64,000 nucleotides of DNA from an uncultured delta proteobacterium (GCA_963832165.1 CAWHTE010000002.1:416001-480000), one strand, 5' to 3'; positions 1 to 10,239 are shown, counted from the first letter of the stretch. Numbers and translations are program-made. The notes: generated from the sequence alone by a model not told the origin.

Positions 1-2
1 GC

Positions 3-635
3 TCGGCCGCCGCCGGTCACCTCCACCTGTATCCGTACAACTTCCAGCCGTCGCAGCTCTGCTTCCTGTGCGCATGCCTCGAAGAGACCCGGAACGTCCC
101 GGGCAACGTCGCGGAGGTGGGCTGCGCCCACGGCTACACGGCGGTCTTCCTCAACAAGTACATGGACGACCAGAAGATCGAGAAGCAGTACTTCGCGGTG
201 GATACGTTTAGCGGCTTCGTGACCGAGGACCTGGCGTTCGAGGTCGTGCAGCGCGGCAAGCCGCCGGGACTGATCACGGGCTTCGAGGACAATCGGAAGA
301 AATGGGTCGACGAGTCGATGCGCGCCAATGCCATTCGGCGCGTAAAGTCGATCCAGGCCGACGTCAACGAACTCGACCTCACGACCCTGGGCCCGCTGGC
401 GTTCTGCGTGCTCGACGTGGACCTCTATCGGCCGATGTCGAAGGCCTTGGAAGAACTGTACGACGTGCTCTCGCCGGGCGGTGTGATGGTCGTAGACGAC
501 TGTGACCCGAACAACGTCCGCTGGGATGGCGCGGACCAGGCCTACCGCGAGTTCACGAAGAGTCGCGGGCTTCCGTACACCGTCGTTCACCGGAAGCTCG
601 GAGTCGTGCGAAAGGCCGAGAACCGACCCGCCTAG
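3..635 (+). CDS. TylF/MycF-like O-methyltransferase (5'-partial)
   Basis: Frame open from the window edge: VPGNVAEVGCAHG, YFAVDTFSGF, FCVLDVDLY, LSPGGVMVVDD motifs typical of the TylF family. Confidence 0.8.
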   Translation, partial: SAAAGHLHLYPYNFQPSQLCFLCACLEETRNVPGNVAEVGCAHGYTAVFLNKYMDDQKIEKQYFAVDTFSGFVTEDLAFEVVQRGKPPGLITGFEDNRKKWVDESMRANAIRRVKSIQADVNELDLTTLGPLAFCVLDVDLYRPMSKALEELYDVLSPGGVMVVDDCDPNNVRWDGADQAYREFTKSRGLPYTVVHRKLGVVRKAENRPA

Positions 636-668
636 CGCAGCGGCCGCGGGCCGTCGGCGCGTGCAAAG

Positions 669-2237
669 TCACGGCCGCAGCGCATAGCTCCGCGGCCCGA
701 GCTGCGCGGCGAGCGCGAGCTGGATCTCGTCGGCCCAGTCGCACAGGCGCGCGCGCGTCTCGCGCGGGTCGATCAGATCGTGTACGCCGAACGCCTCGGC
801 GCGCGCGAACGGCGAGCGCGCGCTCGCGAACTGCTCCTCGAGCTCGCGCCGGCGCGCGTCGGGGTCGGGCGCGCTCGCGATCTCGCGCCGGAACGCCACC
901 GCGACGCCGCCCTCGATCGGCAGCGCGCCGCCCTCGGCCGAGGGCCACGCGAACACGGTCGCATCGGGCGCGAAGTGCGCCGCCGCGGCGACACCATAGC
1001 TCTTGCGCACGATCACGGACGCCCACGGCACGGTCGCCTGCACGACCGCGAAGATCGCCTCGGCGCCGAAGCGGATCGTCGCCTCCCGCTCGGCCTCGCT
1101 GCCGATCATGAAGCCCGGCTCGTCGACGAACGCGACCACGGGCAGGTGGAAGGTGTCGCAGAGCTCGACGAATCGGCGCACCTTGCGAGCGGCCGCGGCG
1201 CTCATGGCGCCCGCGTAGAAGCGCGTGTCGTTGGCCCACACGCCCACGGGCTGGCCGCCCAGACGCGCGAGCGCGGTGATCTGCGAGCGCCCGTAGCCGC
1301 GGCCGAGCTCGAAGAGCGAGTCGCGGTCGAGCACGTGGCGCACGAGCGCGCGTGCGTCGTAGATCCGGCGGCGTTCGCGCGGAATGATGTCGAGCAGCGC
1401 GGGCTCGGCGCGATCGCGCGGGTCGTCCGCGGCGCTGCGCGGTGCCGGCTGCCAGACGTTGCTCGGCAGATAGGAGAGGAAGTGGCGGATCTTTTCGAAC
1501 GCGTCGCGCTCGTCGCGCGCCACGGCGTCGACGACGCCGCTCTTCTCGTGCACGCTTGCGCCGCCGAGCTTCTCCTTGTCCACCCGTTCGCCGAGCGCGC
1601 GCTCGACGAGCGCGGGGCCCGCCACCATCACCTGCGAGGTATCTCGCGTCATCACCGCGAAGTGCGAGGAGACGAGCCGCGCAGCGGGCAGACCCGCCAC
1701 CGCGCCGAGCGCGGCCGATGCGACGGGCACCGAGGCCATCGCCTCGGCGATCGACGCGAAACGGTGTCGGGCCGACGCTCCGCCTTCGCCTGCGCCGCGC
1801 TTCGGGCTCTTGCCGTCGGCCGCGGTCACGCTGCCACCCGCGCCCTGCAACAGGCGCACGAGGGGCACGCGCAGCCGCAGGCACAGGTCCTCGGCGAACA
1901 CGCTCTTGCGCAGTCCGGCCGGGGAGGGAGAGCCGCCGCGCTGCGTGAAATCCTCTCCGCCCACGATGCAGGGCCGGCCGTCGATGCGGCCCGCGCCGAG
2001 CACGTAATTCGCGGGAGTGAACGCGCGCAGCGCGCCGGTCTCGTCGACCTCGCTCGCTCCCGCGATCGCCCCCTGCTCGCGAAAGCTGCCCCCGTCGAGC
2101 AGCGCGTCGATCCGCTCGCGGATCGCGAGCCGCCCCTGCGCGTGCTGCGCGTCGACCGCGTCGCGGCCGCCGTGCTCTTTGGCGAGCTCGCGGCGCGCGC
2201 GGATCTCCTCGACCTCGGGGCTCCAGTCTTCACTCAT
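669..2237 (-). CDS. Acyl-CoA carboxylase carboxyltransferase (beta) subunit
   Basis: Starts MSEDWSPEVEE; GRLAIRERIDALLD, DFTQRGGS, KLGGASVH, FVELCDTFHLPVVAFVDEPGFMIG, LIDPRETR. Confidence 0.92.
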   Translation of the reverse strand: MSEDWSPEVEEIRARRELAKEHGGRDAVDAQHAQGRLAIRERIDALLDGGSFREQGAIAGASEVDETGALRAFTPANYVLGAGRIDGRPCIVGGEDFTQRGGSPSPAGLRKSVFAEDLCLRLRVPLVRLLQGAGGSVTAADGKSPKRGAGEGGASARHRFASIAEAMASVPVASAALGAVAGLPAARLVSSHFAVMTRDTSQVMVAGPALVERALGERVDKEKLGGASVHEKSGVVDAVARDERDAFEKIRHFLSYLPSNVWQPAPRSAADDPRDRAEPALLDIIPRERRRIYDARALVRHVLDRDSLFELGRGYGRSQITALARLGGQPVGVWANDTRFYAGAMSAAAARKVRRFVELCDTFHLPVVAFVDEPGFMIGSEAEREATIRFGAEAIFAVVQATVPWASVIVRKSYGVAAAAHFAPDATVFAWPSAEGGALPIEGGVAVAFRREIASAPDPDARRRELEEQFASARSPFARAEAFGVHDLIDPRETRARLCDWADEIQLALAAQLGPRSYALRP

Positions 2238-2261
2238 GCGAGCAGGGTAGAGTACGCAGCG

Positions 2262-3284
2262 ATGGAGTCGATCTACTACGTCGCGGCGTGGGCCTGCCAC
2301 CGGCGTTGCCGTCACTGCTACGAGGATCGCTTTCGCCCCTACGTTCGCGGCGAGCTCGAAGGCGTGCTGCGCGAGTCGCTGCACAACATGCCGCGCATCG
2401 TCGACCACCTGCCCGAGCGCATGAGCTATCTCGATCGCAGCGATCCGCGCGCGGATGGATCGCTGCCCGAGAAACAGGGGCGCATCATCGTCTCGGGCGG
2501 CGAGTTCCTGCTCGATGCACTGCGCGAGAAGCTCAGCTACCCGCTCGTCGAGCGCCTCGTCGCGCGCTACCGCGGAGAAGGCGGCGTCCAGGTCGTGATC
2601 CAGACCACCGGCGACGTGCTCACCGACGCGATCGTCGACGCGTTGCTCGAGCGCGGCGTCTACATGATCTCGGTCGCGAGCATCGACGACTTCCACATCG
2701 GCCTCGAAGGCGCGGACCGACAGAGGGCGTTCGTCGAGCAGCTCACGCGCATGTTCGAGCGCCACGGCATGCGCGAGTCGACGGGATTCGAGGGGCCGGG
2801 CCCCGTCTACCACTTCTTCGGCGCGCAGCCCGGGAGCTGGATCGGCAAGCTCTGGCCGCGCGGGCGCGCGTGGCAGAACGGCCTGTCCACGGCGACGCTC
2901 GCGGACAATTTCTGCAACCGCTGGTCGGGTGGTCTCAAATTCCTCGAGCACCGCTACGACGGCTCGGAGGTGTCGGTCGAGCCCGACGGCAGCGTCTACC
3001 CGTGCTGCGTCAAGACGAAGCTGCCGATCGGCAACCTGATCGAGGATCCGCTGATCGACATCCTCGAGTCGCTGCGCGGCGATCCCGTGTACGAGGCGAT
3101 CAGCGCGGGGCAGCCCGAGCGCATGGGCGAGGCGTTGGGCTGGGACGTGGCGCGCTTCGTCAGTGAGTCGCGCACGGTCACACCGCAGGGGCAGCCCTAC
3201 GAGAATCTCTGCATCGGCTGCGACCGGTTTCATGAGAAGGTGCTGGCGCCGCGCATCGCGGCGGCCCGCGAGAGACGCGCATGA
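2262..3284 (+). CDS. Radical SAM protein with SPASM/twitch-like C-terminus
   Basis: CHRRCRHC (CxxxCxxC), SGGE, and C-terminal FC..VSVEPDGSVYPCC..IGNL..CIGC. Confidence 0.85.
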   Translation: MESIYYVAAWACHRRCRHCYEDRFRPYVRGELEGVLRESLHNMPRIVDHLPERMSYLDRSDPRADGSLPEKQGRIIVSGGEFLLDALREKLSYPLVERLVARYRGEGGVQVVIQTTGDVLTDAIVDALLERGVYMISVASIDDFHIGLEGADRQRAFVEQLTRMFERHGMRESTGFEGPGPVYHFFGAQPGSWIGKLWPRGRAWQNGLSTATLADNFCNRWSGGLKFLEHRYDGSEVSVEPDGSVYPCCVKTKLPIGNLIEDPLIDILESLRGDPVYEAISAGQPERMGEALGWDVARFVSESRTVTPQGQPYENLCIGCDRFHEKVLAPRIAAARERRA

Positions 3285-3485
3285 CGGGGATGCGTCATGG
3301 GCCGCGGCTGCCCATCTTGGGACACGCGGTGACGTAAGTCGGAAGCGCGCTACCCCGAGGGACCCGCGAGGCGCTGCGCAGGTGATGCGCGCCTGGCCGC
3401 GGGATCCGTCTGCGCAGTCTGTGCATTTTTCGTCAAATCGCGCTGCAGGTCCGCTGCTGGCAAGCTTCTTGCGTGGTCGCTTCTC

Positions 3486-4643
3486 GTGCGACTACGCATC
3501 GCAACGCTGAATGTCTGGGCGGTGCCGCTGCTCTCGGAACGGATCGGCACGCGCATGCGCGAGATCGGGCACCGGCTCGGCGCACTCGAGCTCGACGCGA
3601 TCGCGTTCCAGGAGGTCTGGACGCCGACCGCGCGTCGCAGACTGGTCGAGGCCGGGCGAAGGGCCGGGCTCGCGCACGCGTGGCACCGCAAGCGGTTCGT
3701 GATCGGGAGCGGGCTGCTCGTGCTGTCGCGCCTGCCGATCGACGATGCGGACTTCGACCGCTTCGCGCTGCGCGCGCGACCGACCCACGTGGACGAGCTC
3801 CTGGGTGGAAAGGGCTTCGCGCGAATCGCACTGCGCACGCCCGTGGGCCGGCTCACACTCGTCGATACCCACCTGCACGCGGGCACGGCGAGCGACGATG
3901 AGCTCGGCGTGCGCGCACACCGCACCGCCCAGATCGTTCAGCTCGCAGGAGAGATGCGCGACCTCTCGGAGCCGGTGCTCGTGGTCGGCGACCTGAACCA
4001 CCAGGAGAGCGAGCCGGAATACCAGGTGCTGCGCGGGCTCACGGCGCTGCGCGATCTCGCTGCCGAGACCGGGAGCCGCGCAGCCACGGCGCTTCAGAGC
4101 AACCCCTATCGCGCCGGCAGCCCGAAGCCGGATCGGCGCATCGACTATGTGCTCGCGCGCGACGGCGATGCGCTCGGCGTGCGGCCGGTATCGGTCGCGC
4201 GCGTATTCGACGAGCCGTTCGCGATCGACGGGCGCGCGGCCGCGTGCTCGGACCACGCCGGCGTGCTCGCGGAGCTCGAGATCGCGCCGGTCGCGCGCAC
4301 GGGTCGCGCGCTCGCGGACGTCGCGGCGCTCGATCTCGCGTCGCGCCTGCTCGGCGAGGGCGCGAACACTGCGCGTCGCGATCGCCGGACCAACCGCGCA
4401 GAGGCTGGGATCGGGCTCGCGGCTGCTGCGCTCGCAGTGACGGGCAGCCGCACGTCGATGTTCGGCCGCCGCGCCTTCCTGCGCGGTGCACTTTCACTCG
4501 GCGCGCTCGCGGCACTCGCGCCGAGTGTCGAGTCCTCGCTCTCGTCGGAGTGGCTCGCGCGCAACGAGATCGACGCGTTCGGCGACGCGGTCACGCTGCT
4601 CGCGCGCATGCGCGCCGATCACCGCTCCAGCTCGAACCGGTAG
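3486..4643 (+). CDS. Endonuclease/exonuclease/phosphatase-family protein, neutral sphingomyelinase-like
   Basis: ATLNVW, AFQEVW, GSGLLVLSR, DTHLH, VGDLN, RIDYV, SDHAGV motifs; hydrophobic C-terminal tail. Confidence 0.82.
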   Translation: MRLRIATLNVWAVPLLSERIGTRMREIGHRLGALELDAIAFQEVWTPTARRRLVEAGRRAGLAHAWHRKRFVIGSGLLVLSRLPIDDADFDRFALRARPTHVDELLGGKGFARIALRTPVGRLTLVDTHLHAGTASDDELGVRAHRTAQIVQLAGEMRDLSEPVLVVGDLNHQESEPEYQVLRGLTALRDLAAETGSRAATALQSNPYRAGSPKPDRRIDYVLARDGDALGVRPVSVARVFDEPFAIDGRAAACSDHAGVLAELEIAPVARTGRALADVAALDLASRLLGEGANTARRDRRTNRAEAGIGLAAAALAVTGSRTSMFGRRAFLRGALSLGALAALAPSVESSLSSEWLARNEIDAFGDAVTLLARMRADHRSSSNR

Positions 4644-5245
4644 GTCGCGCGGACGTCGACCTGCTCGACGGGCCGGCCGTCCTGGATCGCGGGCTGGTAC
4701 TTCCAGGTCGTCACGGCGCGGATCGTCGCGGCGTCCCAGATCCGCGGCGGCTCGGAGGCCAGGATCGCGACGTCCTTCACGCTGCCGTCCACGGCCACGG
4801 TGAACGAGAACGTGACCCAGCCCTCGATCCCGCGGTCGCGGGCCTGATGGGGATAGTCGGGCTCGATGCGGACCTGGGGCACGGGTGCGCGGTCGGAGCC
4901 GCCGGCGTGTGAGATCTTCGAGCCTTCGCCCGGCGGCACGCCCAGCTCGCCCGGGCCGAAGGTCTGCGGCGCGAGACCCTTGGGATCGTGGCCCGGCCGG
5001 ACCACGTTCGGCTCGATCACGATCGTCGACACTTCCGACAGCTGCGGCTTCGGGATCGGCGGCGGCACGCGGATGATGTGGATCGGCTCGGTCTCGGGGA
5101 TGTGGGTCGTGAAGTCGATGCCGGGCACGACCGGGATGACGTCGAAGTTCACGACCGGAGAGACCAACACTCCCAGGAACCAGAACAGCGTGATCGTCGT
5201 GAGAACGGACAGGAAGAACGAGACCGATAACCGGATGCTCGCCAT
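4619..5245 (-). CDS. tonB: Energy transducer TonB
   Basis: N-terminal TM helix, Pro-rich linker, YPHQARDRGIEGWV..FTVAVDGSV..WKYQP TonB_C domain. Confidence 0.88.
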   Translation of the reverse strand: MASIRLSVSFFLSVLTTITLFWFLGVLVSPVVNFDVIPVVPGIDFTTHIPETEPIHIIRVPPPIPKPQLSEVSTIVIEPNVVRPGHDPKGLAPQTFGPGELGVPPGEGSKISHAGGSDRAPVPQVRIEPDYPHQARDRGIEGWVTFSFTVAVDGSVKDVAILASEPPRIWDAATIRAVTTWKYQPAIQDGRPVEQVDVRATYRFELER

Positions 5246-5351
5246 CGCGGACCCCCTGCTCGTTCCGGGCGCACCCGGAGAGCGCTTCGGTCCGCGGCGC
5301 CATTCTACGCCAAACGCGCGTTAGCGTCCATCCCTATCTCTGTGGGGCCGC

Positions 5352-5837
5352 TCAGAAGCGCAGGATCTCCGCCTCGAGCGTTGCGAGGTCGAGCACGCCG
5401 ATCCGGTTGTGGCCGGCCAGGTGTCCCGCGCACTCGCCCGGGTTGAAGCAGAGTGCGCCGCCGCGGCGCTCGATCGCGTGTCGGTGATCGTGGCCGTAGA
5501 GCGCGACGGCGAGCTGGGTGAGGTCGAGCGCTTCGAGCTCGCGCGGATCGTGCACCACCGCGATCCGCCGGCCCGCCCACTCGACGCGCAGCGGCGGGTC
5601 GACGAACACGTGGCCGTGCTCGACGCACGCCGCGCCGAGCAGCTCGCGTTCGACGTCGTTGTTGCCGAACACCCCGAACAGCGGCGCGTCGAGCGCCGCG
5701 AGCGCGCGCAGCGTCTTCGCCTGCGTGATGTCGCCCGTGTGCACGACGCGCTCGACGCGCGCCGAGTTCAGCAGCTCGACGATCCGCGCCACGTTGGGCA
5801 GGTGGTTGTGGGTGTCGCTGATCACGCCGATCCGCAC
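5352..5837 (-). CDS. YfcE-family metallophosphoesterase
   Basis: ISDTH, HTGD, GNND, GHDH, NPG motifs. Confidence 0.9.
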   Translation of the reverse strand: MRIGVISDTHNHLPNVARIVELLNSARVERVVHTGDITQAKTLRALAALDAPLFGVFGNNDVERELLGAACVEHGHVFVDPPLRVEWAGRRIAVVHDPRELEALDLTQLAVALYGHDHRHAIERRGGALCFNPGECAGHLAGHNRIGVLDLATLEAEILRF

Positions 5838-5869
5838 AGCGCGAAGCTACCGCCTCGGCGGGCGAGCGA

Positions 5870-8155
5870 CTAATCGGCCGCGGCCAGCGCGCTGGCCCAG
5901 CCCGCGATCCCGGTGTCGGGCCACGCGGTGCGGACGCCGAGCAGGTCGGCGAGCACGCGCGAGACGCCGCGCAGCGACGGGTGTCCGGGCGCGCGGCCCA
6001 TCGGAACCCCCGCGCCCGTGGCGACGAACAGCGCAGGGCGGTCGTGCTCCATCGCGGTGCGGATGCCGTGGTCGCTCATCACGATCAGCACGTCGTCGGC
6101 GTCGAGGGACGCGTGCAGTGCGCCGATCCGCTCGTCGATGTAGCGGTAGACGTCGAAGAGCAGGCCCTGGCCGTCGTCCTGGCCGTCGCGCACCGCCTCG
6201 GCGAAGTGCGCGTGGGTGAGGATGTCGAGCGGCTCGATCCGGACTGCGATCAGATCCACGGCGCCCTCGCGCAGCAGCGCGTCGGTGGCGTCGAGCTCGG
6301 ACGCGATCGTCTGCAGGTAGTGGACGTCCATCGGATCGCTCGCGCTCGCGAGGCCCGGGAAGCGCTTGCGCTCCCCCGCGTCGAGCTCGCGCCGCGTGCG
6401 GCCGAGCGAGAGCCGGCGCGTGGCGCCGTGCGGCCCCGTGACCTCGCCATGCCGGCCCGCGCGCACGCCGCCGTGCGCGAGCAGGAGGTTCGCGGCGCTG
6501 CGCTCGCCCGCGCCGACGGCAGCGAACAGGTCCTGCGACTCGGGCAGCACCCACGAGAGCGCCTCGAACGGATTGCTCCCGACCGACTCGAGCCCCGCGA
6601 GCTCGACGCCGAAGCGGTAGAACGCTCCCGCGATCGACGTGTCCGTGCGCCGGTCGGGCCACACGAGCGCCTCGAGCGCCGCGGCCGTGAGCGGCGGATC
6701 GCTGTCGAGCACCGCGCGATAGCCCGAGCGCAGCAGCGCGTCGAGCACGGGCAGGTCGCCGCGCGCGCGCAGGTACTGGCTGATCGCCCAATCGCCGCAG
6801 TCGAGCAGGACCATCGCCACGCGCCGGCGTCCGTCGGCGGACGAGCGCTCGAGCGCGGGGGAGGGTGCGGGTAGCGCAACGCGCGCTGCGGGCCGGATCT
6901 CGATCTTGCGCAGCTCGCCGCCGCTCACGGCGACCGTGCCCGACGCGGCGATGCGGCCGTCGCGCGCGCGCAGCACCCAGCGCTGCGGCGCGATCCCGGC
7001 GCTGCGCTCGACGATCACGGGTCGGGCGCGGTGCTCGATCGGAAACGACTCGTACTCCGCGTCGGGCGCCGCGCCCGCATCGCGCGTGATCCAGAGCGTG
7101 CCCGCGGGCGCGTCCGGCGTGAGGCGGAAGCGCAGCCGTCCCTTCCGGGCAGCCGATGGATTGCGCGCGAGCTCGCGGCCTTGCCGCGCGCGCAAGAGCT
7201 CTTCGCGCCGGATTCCCTCGAGCGCGAAACGCTCGTGCAGCGCGTCGTAGGTGGCGATCGCGCCGTCGGTGCGTCCCGCATTCACGAGCGTGAAGATCAG
7301 CCGGATCCCGACCGACTCCTCGAGCTTCTCGTCGCCGAGCGCCGCCGCGTCGCGCAGCGCGCCGCGAAGCGCACTGAGAGCGTCGAGCTCCGGATCGACG
7401 AGGCCGCTCACGCTGAGGGCGAGCGCATAGCGCGCGCGCACCTCTTCGGGTCGCCCGCCCGCGTTCTGCCAGCGCTGATAGGTCGCGCGCGCCGCGCCGA
7501 GGTCGTCGTTCATCGCGTGGGCGATGCCGAGCGTGTCGAACCAGAGCGAGCGCACATTTTCGGCGCCCGACGGCAGCTCGTCGCCGAGCGCGCGCAGCGC
7601 TGCGGGCGCGTCGCCGCGCAGTAGATGGCGCTGCGCGAGCGCGGTGCGCTCGAGCGCGGCCGCCTCGCCGCGCGCGGGAATCCGCAGCGCGAGGTCCTTC
7701 AGCACGAGCTCTTCGGGCTCGACCGCGGAACGCGCCTCGAGCTCGAGTCGGAACAGCCCGGGGTCGTCTGGATGCGCGCGGCCCGCCGCGCGCGCGAGCG
7801 CGGCGGCCTCGTCGCTGCGTCCCTGCGCGCTGCGCTCGCGCACGAGCAGCGCCGCGAGCGCGGGCTCGGGCGTCCACGCGTCCGGGTCGGATGCGAGCGG
7901 GTCGAGCAGGGCGACGCAGCCCGGGGTATCGCCGCTCGCGATCAGCGCGTGGCAGCGGCACTCGGCTGCGGCGCGGCCGGTCGCGCTCGGCCCCGCGAGA
8001 CCTTCGGTGGCGGCGAGCGCGTGCGAGATGTCGCCCGCGGCCGCGGCCTCGCATGCGCCGATCACGGCGAGCTGGTCGCGCGCGCGCGCGAACGAGATCA
8101 CGCCGATCGCGCCCGCGAGGAAGCTCGCGGAGAATACGAGTGCCGCGCGCTTCAC
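5870..8155 (-). CDS. TPR-like region fused to alkaline-phosphatase-superfamily (nucleotide pyrophosphatase/phosphodiesterase) domain
   Basis: GTG start overlapping upstream stop (GTGA); N-terminal hydrophobic segment, helical repeats, then VLLDCGDW, PPLT, DILTHAHF, MSDHG. Confidence 0.72.
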   Translation of the reverse strand: MKRAALVFSASFLAGAIGVISFARARDQLAVIGACEAAAAGDISHALAATEGLAGPSATGRAAAECRCHALIASGDTPGCVALLDPLASDPDAWTPEPALAALLVRERSAQGRSDEAAALARAAGRAHPDDPGLFRLELEARSAVEPEELVLKDLALRIPARGEAAALERTALAQRHLLRGDAPAALRALGDELPSGAENVRSLWFDTLGIAHAMNDDLGAARATYQRWQNAGGRPEEVRARYALALSVSGLVDPELDALSALRGALRDAAALGDEKLEESVGIRLIFTLVNAGRTDGAIATYDALHERFALEGIRREELLRARQGRELARNPSAARKGRLRFRLTPDAPAGTLWITRDAGAAPDAEYESFPIEHRARPVIVERSAGIAPQRWVLRARDGRIAASGTVAVSGGELRKIEIRPAARVALPAPSPALERSSADGRRRVAMVLLDCGDWAISQYLRARGDLPVLDALLRSGYRAVLDSDPPLTAAALEALVWPDRRTDTSIAGAFYRFGVELAGLESVGSNPFEALSWVLPESQDLFAAVGAGERSAANLLLAHGGVRAGRHGEVTGPHGATRRLSLGRTRRELDAGERKRFPGLASASDPMDVHYLQTIASELDATDALLREGAVDLIAVRIEPLDILTHAHFAEAVRDGQDDGQGLLFDVYRYIDERIGALHASLDADDVLIVMSDHGIRTAMEHDRPALFVATGAGVPMGRAPGHPSLRGVSRVLADLLGVRTAWPDTGIAGWASALAAAD

Positions 8156-9309
8156 GACGCAGACCCCGGCCGCGGGACCAGCGTCACGCGCAGTACGAGC
8201 GCGCCGCGGTCCTCGCCGCCCGTGGCGAGCACGCGGCTCCACGGCCAGTGCAGCGGCCGCTGCGAGCCCGGGAACGCGCGCGCGAGCAGGTCGTCGGCGC
8301 GCTGGATGGCCGCGAGGTCGAGGTCGAACCGCGCGGGCGCATCGGGCGCACCCAGCGTCGGGGCCGCGAGCGCGCGCTTCAGGCTCGTGGGGTTCCAGCC
8401 CACGACCAGCGTGTCCTTCGTCGCGACATAACACGGCGCGAGGTCGGGCAGCACGTTCAGGTCGAGCAGGCACGCGCCATCGCCCGCTTCGAGCTGAAGC
8501 GGGCTCCGATGCACGGGCCAGGTCTCTTGTAGATCGGCGATGAAGCGCTCGATCGCGCTCACGGCAGCGCTGCGCATCGAGAAGCCCAGTGCGAGCGCGA
8601 TGCCGGGCATCGCGTCCGCGCGCTCGGGCAGATACACCGCGCCCTCCCAGGTGCCATCGAGCACGGCGCTCGCGAAGATCCCGCTCTTGAGGCGGAACAG
8701 GCGATCCGCCTGGCTGCCGTCGGGTACGAGCGCGGCGAGGTCGAGGCCCGCGCGCGGGCGCACGCGCAGCTGCACGAGGCGCCCCGTGCTCGCGAGGCGA
8801 TCGGGCCCAACCGGGAGCGCGCCTGGCACGAACAGACTCAGCGCGCCGTCGTCGGGAGGGTCGGGCCAGCGCAGATCGATCGCGAGCGCACCGTTCTCCC
8901 TGCGCAGTGCGCCGCGCACCACGTGGCCGCTGGCCGGCAGCGCGAACACGAGCTCGCTGTCCGATTCGCGGCGGATCCGCTCGAGCGCGTCGCCATCGGC
9001 GAGACAGCGCACTTCTCCGCCGAGCGCCGCGATGTCGCCATCGGGCGCATGAACGCCAACGCTCTCGCAGTCGGGCAGCGCCGCGGCGAGCTCGCTCGCA
9101 CGGCGCGCGAGCGGGGTGCCCTCGAGCTGAGCGAGCTGTCCGAGCACTTCGCGCACCGCAGCAGCGTTTCCGGCCCACCAGGCGCCGGGCAGTTCGGTCG
9201 AAGCCGGGCTTCCGCAGCCCGCGAAGAGCGCCGCGAGCAGAGCCATCCGCGCGCGCACGGCGCGCCGCGCACTCCGGTGCGAGGCAATTCGACCCACGCC
9301 GGGACTCAT
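8152..9309 (-). CDS. Hypothetical lipoprotein (start may be 9246)
   Basis: Lipobox-like LFAGC; translationally coupled to the downstream gene; host-like codon usage. Confidence 0.65.
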   Translation of the reverse strand: MSPGVGRIASHRSARRAVRARMALLAALFAGCGSPASTELPGAWWAGNAAAVREVLGQLAQLEGTPLARRASELAAALPDCESVGVHAPDGDIAALGGEVRCLADGDALERIRRESDSELVFALPASGHVVRGALRRENGALAIDLRWPDPPDDGALSLFVPGALPVGPDRLASTGRLVQLRVRPRAGLDLAALVPDGSQADRLFRLKSGIFASAVLDGTWEGAVYLPERADAMPGIALALGFSMRSAAVSAIERFIADLQETWPVHRSPLQLEAGDGACLLDLNVLPDLAPCYVATKDTLVVGWNPTSLKRALAAPTLGAPDAPARFDLDLAAIQRADDLLARAFPGSQRPLHWPWSRVLATGGEDRGALVLRVTLVPRPGSAS

Positions 9310-9399
9310 CGGCCTTGTTCGCGCGCGCCTTTAGCGGCCCTCGTTGCGCGCGAATTCAGTGCCGGCGCGGCCGCGCCGATAACGGGATCGGGGGAGCCG

Positions 9400-10239
9400 A
9401 TGCAGGATCGCGAGCAGTGGATGCGCGCGGGCGCGCAGGGTCCCAAGCCCGACCGCAAGCCGGAACGCGGCGCGCGACCGACCCGCCGCGGCGCGCGCCG
9501 GCTGCTCGGGATGCGCGTCGACGTCGCCGACTACCTCGAGGCGATCGAGATGATCCTCGCGATGGCGGAGTCGGGCGGCGGCATGACCTGCTGCGCCACG
9601 GTGCACATGGTGATGGAGGCGTGGGACGATCCGAGCTTCCGCGCGATCGTGAACGACTCCGAGCTCGTGACCTCCGATGGCATGCCGCTGGTCTGGTCGC
9701 TGCGCGCACTCGGCGCGGACGCCGCGCGCGTGTACGGGCCGACGCTCACGCCGCTCGTATGCGAGGAGGCCGCGCGTCGCGGAGTGCCGGTTGGCTTCTA
9801 CGGCGGCAGCCCCGAGGTGATGACCGCGCTCACGCAACGCCTCGCACAGCGCTGGCCCGGGCTCCAGATCGCGTTCGCCCACAGCCCGCCCATGAGTGAC
9901 GAGGCAGCGAGCTTCGATGAGGAGATCGCCGCCGCGATCGAGGATTCGGGCGCGCGCGTGCTGTTCGTGGGGCTCGGCTGTCCGAAGCAGGAGCGCTGGA
10001 TGTCCGCCTATCGCGAACACCTCTCGTGCGCGCTCGTGGGCGTCGGCGCGGCGTTCGATTTCGTCGCGGGCACGAAGGCCCAGGCGCCCGCGTGGATCCA
10101 GCGGTCGGGGCTCGAGTGGCTGTTCCGGCTCGCGTGCGAGCCGCGCCGGCTCTGGCGCCGCTACGCGCACAACAATCCGCGCTTCGTGCTGCACATGGCG
10201 CTCCAGCTCGCGCGCGAGCGCGGTCGCACAGCAGGCTAG
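9400..10239 (+). CDS. WecB/TagA/CpsF family glycosyltransferase
   Basis: SDGMPLVW, RVYGPTL, FVGLGCPKQERW, GVGAAFDF, GLEWLFRL..EPRRLWRRY. Confidence 0.93.
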   Translation: MQDREQWMRAGAQGPKPDRKPERGARPTRRGARRLLGMRVDVADYLEAIEMILAMAESGGGMTCCATVHMVMEAWDDPSFRAIVNDSELVTSDGMPLVWSLRALGADAARVYGPTLTPLVCEEAARRGVPVGFYGGSPEVMTALTQRLAQRWPGLQIAFAHSPPMSDEAASFDEEIAAAIEDSGARVLFVGLGCPKQERWMSAYREHLSCALVGVGAAFDFVAGTKAQAPAWIQRSGLEWLFRLACEPRRLWRRYAHNNPRFVLHMALQLARERGRTAG

